From an uncultured Actinomycetota bacterium (GTDB taxonomy: Bacteria; Actinomycetota; Actinomycetes; Propionibacteriales; Nocardioidaceae), in assembly GCA_963782905.1 (NCBI GenBank), contig CAWALI010000006.1, forward strand, positions 33,268 to 97,267: 64,000 bases of DNA, in the 5' to 3' direction. The stretch's first letter is position 1, and every line of letters starts with the position of its first letter. The notes beneath the pieces are model-generated. The model had not been told where the DNA came from, made no database searches, and saw nothing but the letters and a program-made list of their open reading frames with translations. Position numbers and translations under genes: made by a program. Shown one piece after another: positions 61,171 to 64,000 of this stretch.

Positions 61171-62064
61171 TCAGTCGCTGGCGGGAGCCTTCGCTGTACC
61201 TGCCGCAGCGCGGTGGCCGATCTCGACCGCGAGGGCCAAGGGGAGGATGAAGTCCACCAGCGCGAAAGCGATCGCCGGGCCGAGGTAGACCGCAGCACCG
61301 CCCAGTTGCGAGCCGATGATGATGAGCCCGAGGGAGCCAAACCGGAAGACTGACACCAGCCCAGTTGTCGTGACCACCTCAGTGTCCCGCCTGCCCCCGA
61401 GGAGCCCGGACAATGCCCCGATAGCGCCTGCGACCACGACGATGACCAGTGCGGTGACGATGACCCACGATCCGAACATCGTCTTGATGGTGCTCCAGTT
61501 CGCGGCGATGCCGGTCGCCAGCGCGATCACCAAGGCGAGGTTGGCGATCCTCACCAGACTCGCCTGCCAGTCGGTGGCGTGCTCGGTGTAGCGGGAGCGG
61601 ATGAACAACCCGACCACCAGTGGGAGCAGCACCAGCGCTAGCAGGCTCTTGACGATGTCCCAGGCGCTGATTGACGCGCCGGTCAACACTTGGCCCGCCC
61701 ATAGAGGCACGGCGACGATGTTGACCAACTGGAGCACCACGACCACCGACACCGCGAGTGGGAGATCGGCCCGCCCTGCCAGTTGGGCTGCCTTCAACGA
61801 CGCGGCGCTGCCTGCTCCCAGAGTTGCAAGGACCAGGCCGGGCACGTACTGGTCACCCATCGGCGACACCTCGGCGATGCTCCAAGCGATAGCCGGGATC
61901 ACCACGGCGTTGACGATCACCATCACGATGACCAGCCCGGCACGGTGAAGCGGTGCCACGAGTTGAGCCACGGTAAACGTCATGCCGAGAGACAAGACCG
62001 TCGCGCCCACCGAGATAGCGATTCCGGCGTTGAACAGCGCGTTGAGGAGTTGGTCGCCGGTCAC
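61171..62064 (-). CDS. BASS-family (bile acid:Na+ symporter / ACR3-like) membrane transporter
   Basis: About 9 TM helices; GTG start at 62064 with an RBS GGGAG upstream. Confidence 0.6.
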   Translation of the reverse strand: MTGDQLLNALFNAGIAISVGATVLSLGMTFTVAQLVAPLHRAGLVIVMVIVNAVVIPAIAWSIAEVSPMGDQYVPGLVLATLGAGSAASLKAAQLAGRADLPLAVSVVVVLQLVNIVAVPLWAGQVLTGASISAWDIVKSLLALVLLPLVVGLFIRSRYTEHATDWQASLVRIANLALVIALATGIAANWSTIKTMFGSWVIVTALVIVVVAGAIGALSGLLGGRRDTEVVTTTGLVSVFRFGSLGLIIIGSQLGGAAVYLGPAIAFALVDFILPLALAVEIGHRAAAGTAKAPASD

Positions 62065-62228
62065 TTGTGGCTCCCTTGCTGGTTGGCTCCGATGCCCCCG
62101 ATGGCGAGGTCCGGGCTCCATCTGATGGTCGGGCGCACGGGCCCGGAAGAGCATCACCCACGTGGGGTGAGCGCGCCGACGCCTTTCAGGGCAACGCACT
62201 CACATGCCGCGATGCGCGGATCTGGCTG

Positions 62229-62786
62229 ATGAGCGGGTATGGCCGAAGAACAGTCGGGTACGTGCTCGCCATGGATGCGCACCCAGAGGTACCCGATCAG
62301 CCGAGGATGCCGTCGAAGACAGCCGGGCTGCTCTACGGCCTTGGGTTCGGCGGCTTCGTCGACGGCATCGTGCTGCACCAGATACTTCAGTGGCACCACA
62401 TGGTGAGCCATGTCGAGGGTTACCCGACCGACACGGTGGCGGGCCTTGAAGTGAACACCCTGGCGGACGGCTTCTTCCACGTAGCAACGTGGTTCTTGCT
62501 CCTGGGTGGCTCGATCGCAGCCATCAAGGCTTGGCGCGAAGGTCGTTTCGCCCCAAGTTGGTCCTTCCACTTCGGTCTGGTCCTAGCAGGCTGGGGCATC
62601 TTCAACCTGGTCGAGGGCATCATCGACCACCACATTCTGAGTGTGCACCACGTTCGCGATGACCTCGGCTCACCGCTGGCATGGGACCTTGGTTTCTTGG
62701 CATTCGGCGCGCTGCTGGTGATCGGCGGGTGGCTGATGCACAAGCGCGGCCTGGCGACAATGGAGCGGCACGCCTCGGCGACCTAA
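62229..62786 (+). CDS. DUF2243-like membrane protein
   Basis: Conserved GLLYGLGFGGFVDGIVLHQILQWHHM and HHILSVHHV motifs. Confidence 0.55.
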   Translation: MSGYGRRTVGYVLAMDAHPEVPDQPRMPSKTAGLLYGLGFGGFVDGIVLHQILQWHHMVSHVEGYPTDTVAGLEVNTLADGFFHVATWFLLLGGSIAAIKAWREGRFAPSWSFHFGLVLAGWGIFNLVEGIIDHHILSVHHVRDDLGSPLAWDLGFLAFGALLVIGGWLMHKRGLATMERHASAT

Positions 62787-63277
62787 GTGCCTCCCCCTGC
62801 CGCCCGTCAGGCGCGCGGATCTGCCGCGTCGAGCGCGCGGATCTGTCCTCGGGTGGGAAAGCCATGGGTCCATCTTCCTCACAGCCCTGGGGTTCGACAG
62901 CACGTCGCTGCCGTGGGACCCGCCGCTGCCACTCCAGTAGACCCCCGGCGCTCTGGGCGCCGCGCGTCGTCGGCGTACGCAGAGCAGATCGGCGTCACCG
63001 CGAGACAGGCACTCTTCGGACGGTGACCCTCTCGGCACCTGCTCAACCGGACGTCAAGTCGTAGCAACCGTTGTCGCCTGGGAAGGATCAGGCAACGACC
63101 TCCGGCCAGTCACGCCAGCACCGACCTCCTCCAGCACCCGGAGATGCCCCACCTGGGCCTCCGAAAGGTCTGGACGTGCTGGTTTCGCACGCTCGTGCCG
63201 GTGAGCGGGCGTGTGGCTCTCTCACCCCGGGCGGATCAGCTGTCCGCCCGAGGACCTACGCTCCGGGCGTGCCTCGG

Positions 63278-63748
63278 ATGACCGTCAAACTGTTGTTGTT
63301 GGACGAGCATGACCGTGTTCTTCTCATCCGCGCGACGGATCCACCGACGGGACGGCAGTGGTGGTATCCCGTCGGTGGCGGCGTCGAGTCGGGGGAGTCC
63401 CTCCAACAGGCCGCCAGCCGCGAGGCCTATGAGGAGACGGGGCTGGCGGAGCTGCCGAAGGGGACCCTCGTCTGGACCCGCGACCACACCTACCAGTACG
63501 ACGGACGAACCTCCGATGTTCATGAGGACTGGCTTCTCCACTCGGTCCAACACTTCGAGCCGGCCCCAGCAGACCTGAGCGCCTACGAGTCCAGAAGCGT
63601 CCTGGGGTTCCGCTGGTGGCACGCCGAGGAGTTGTCCCGGACGTCGGATGCCGTGTTCCCTCCCAGGCTCGGGGATCTGCTGTCGACGTTGCTGCGGGAC
63701 GGACCGCCGTCGGTTCCGGTTGACATCACCGAGCAGGACAGCAACTGA
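63278..63748 (+). CDS. NUDIX hydrolase
   Basis: Nudix box GGVESGESLQQAASREAYEETG. Confidence 0.8.
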   Translation: MTVKLLLLDEHDRVLLIRATDPPTGRQWWYPVGGGVESGESLQQAASREAYEETGLAELPKGTLVWTRDHTYQYDGRTSDVHEDWLLHSVQHFEPAPADLSAYESRSVLGFRWWHAEELSRTSDAVFPPRLGDLLSTLLRDGPPSVPVDITEQDSN

Positions 63749-64000
63749 TCGTTGAGTTCGCTCGCGGTGATTCATCGAAGAACCTACAAGCGCCAAGTCC
63801 GCTCATGCCGCCACCCGAGCGTCCACTCATTCCGACGTGGCGGCGGCCGGTGCTGCGAGGCGGCGGTCGCCATCGGGGCCGCCGCCAGCCCCTTGTCCGG
63901 CGGCCTCGGATACTCGGTTGTCGTGAGTGGCGGTCGTACGTAGGAATAGGTCCATGTTGGTGACACCGAGCGTGGAGTCGTTGGCCGTGATCATCGAGGA

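Overview
High-GC (~70%) actinobacterial chromosomal segment (Nocardioides-like codon usage), densely coding on both strands and dominated by housekeeping genes. In order: the tail of a SUF Fe-S operon (sufS-sufU-DUF59), ABC transporters including an ABC-F protein, moaA, a mabA/inhA-like fabG-fabI pair, a cyanophycin locus (cphA-cphB plus a truncated cphA paralog), serB, an NfeD-stomatin-TSUP operon, catalase with an ankyrin partner, a PP2C phosphatase next to a NarL-type two-component system, malQ, an accessory-looking block (SNF2-like ATPase, DinB, phosphotransferase, two glycosyltransferases) ending at a tRNA-Gly(TCC), pepN, a single-chain BC-BCCP-CT acyl-CoA carboxylase, and BASS, DUF2243 and NUDIX genes.

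Most unusual items:
- A tightly coupled ASCH - NYN RNase - Vms1/VLRF1-like release-factor-fold operon (1933..3470), a candidate RNA/ribosome quality-control module.
- A CphA paralog with the N and Mur-ligase domains but no ATP-grasp domain (18902..20599). It is separated from the canonical cphA-cphB pair by a decayed DUF222-HNH (REP13E12-type) gene flanked by two tandem-repeat arrays.
- Several strong palindromes at gene junctions.

Many genes carry frameshifts: sufS (about 6 within 400 bp), sufU, serB, an ABC ATPase, nfeD, a cupin, the DUF222-HNH gene and the large carboxylase. This points to local sequence-quality problems or genuine pseudogenisation. Many long listed ORFs are GC-driven antisense artefacts and were ignored. 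No CRISPR array, integrase or transposase was seen.
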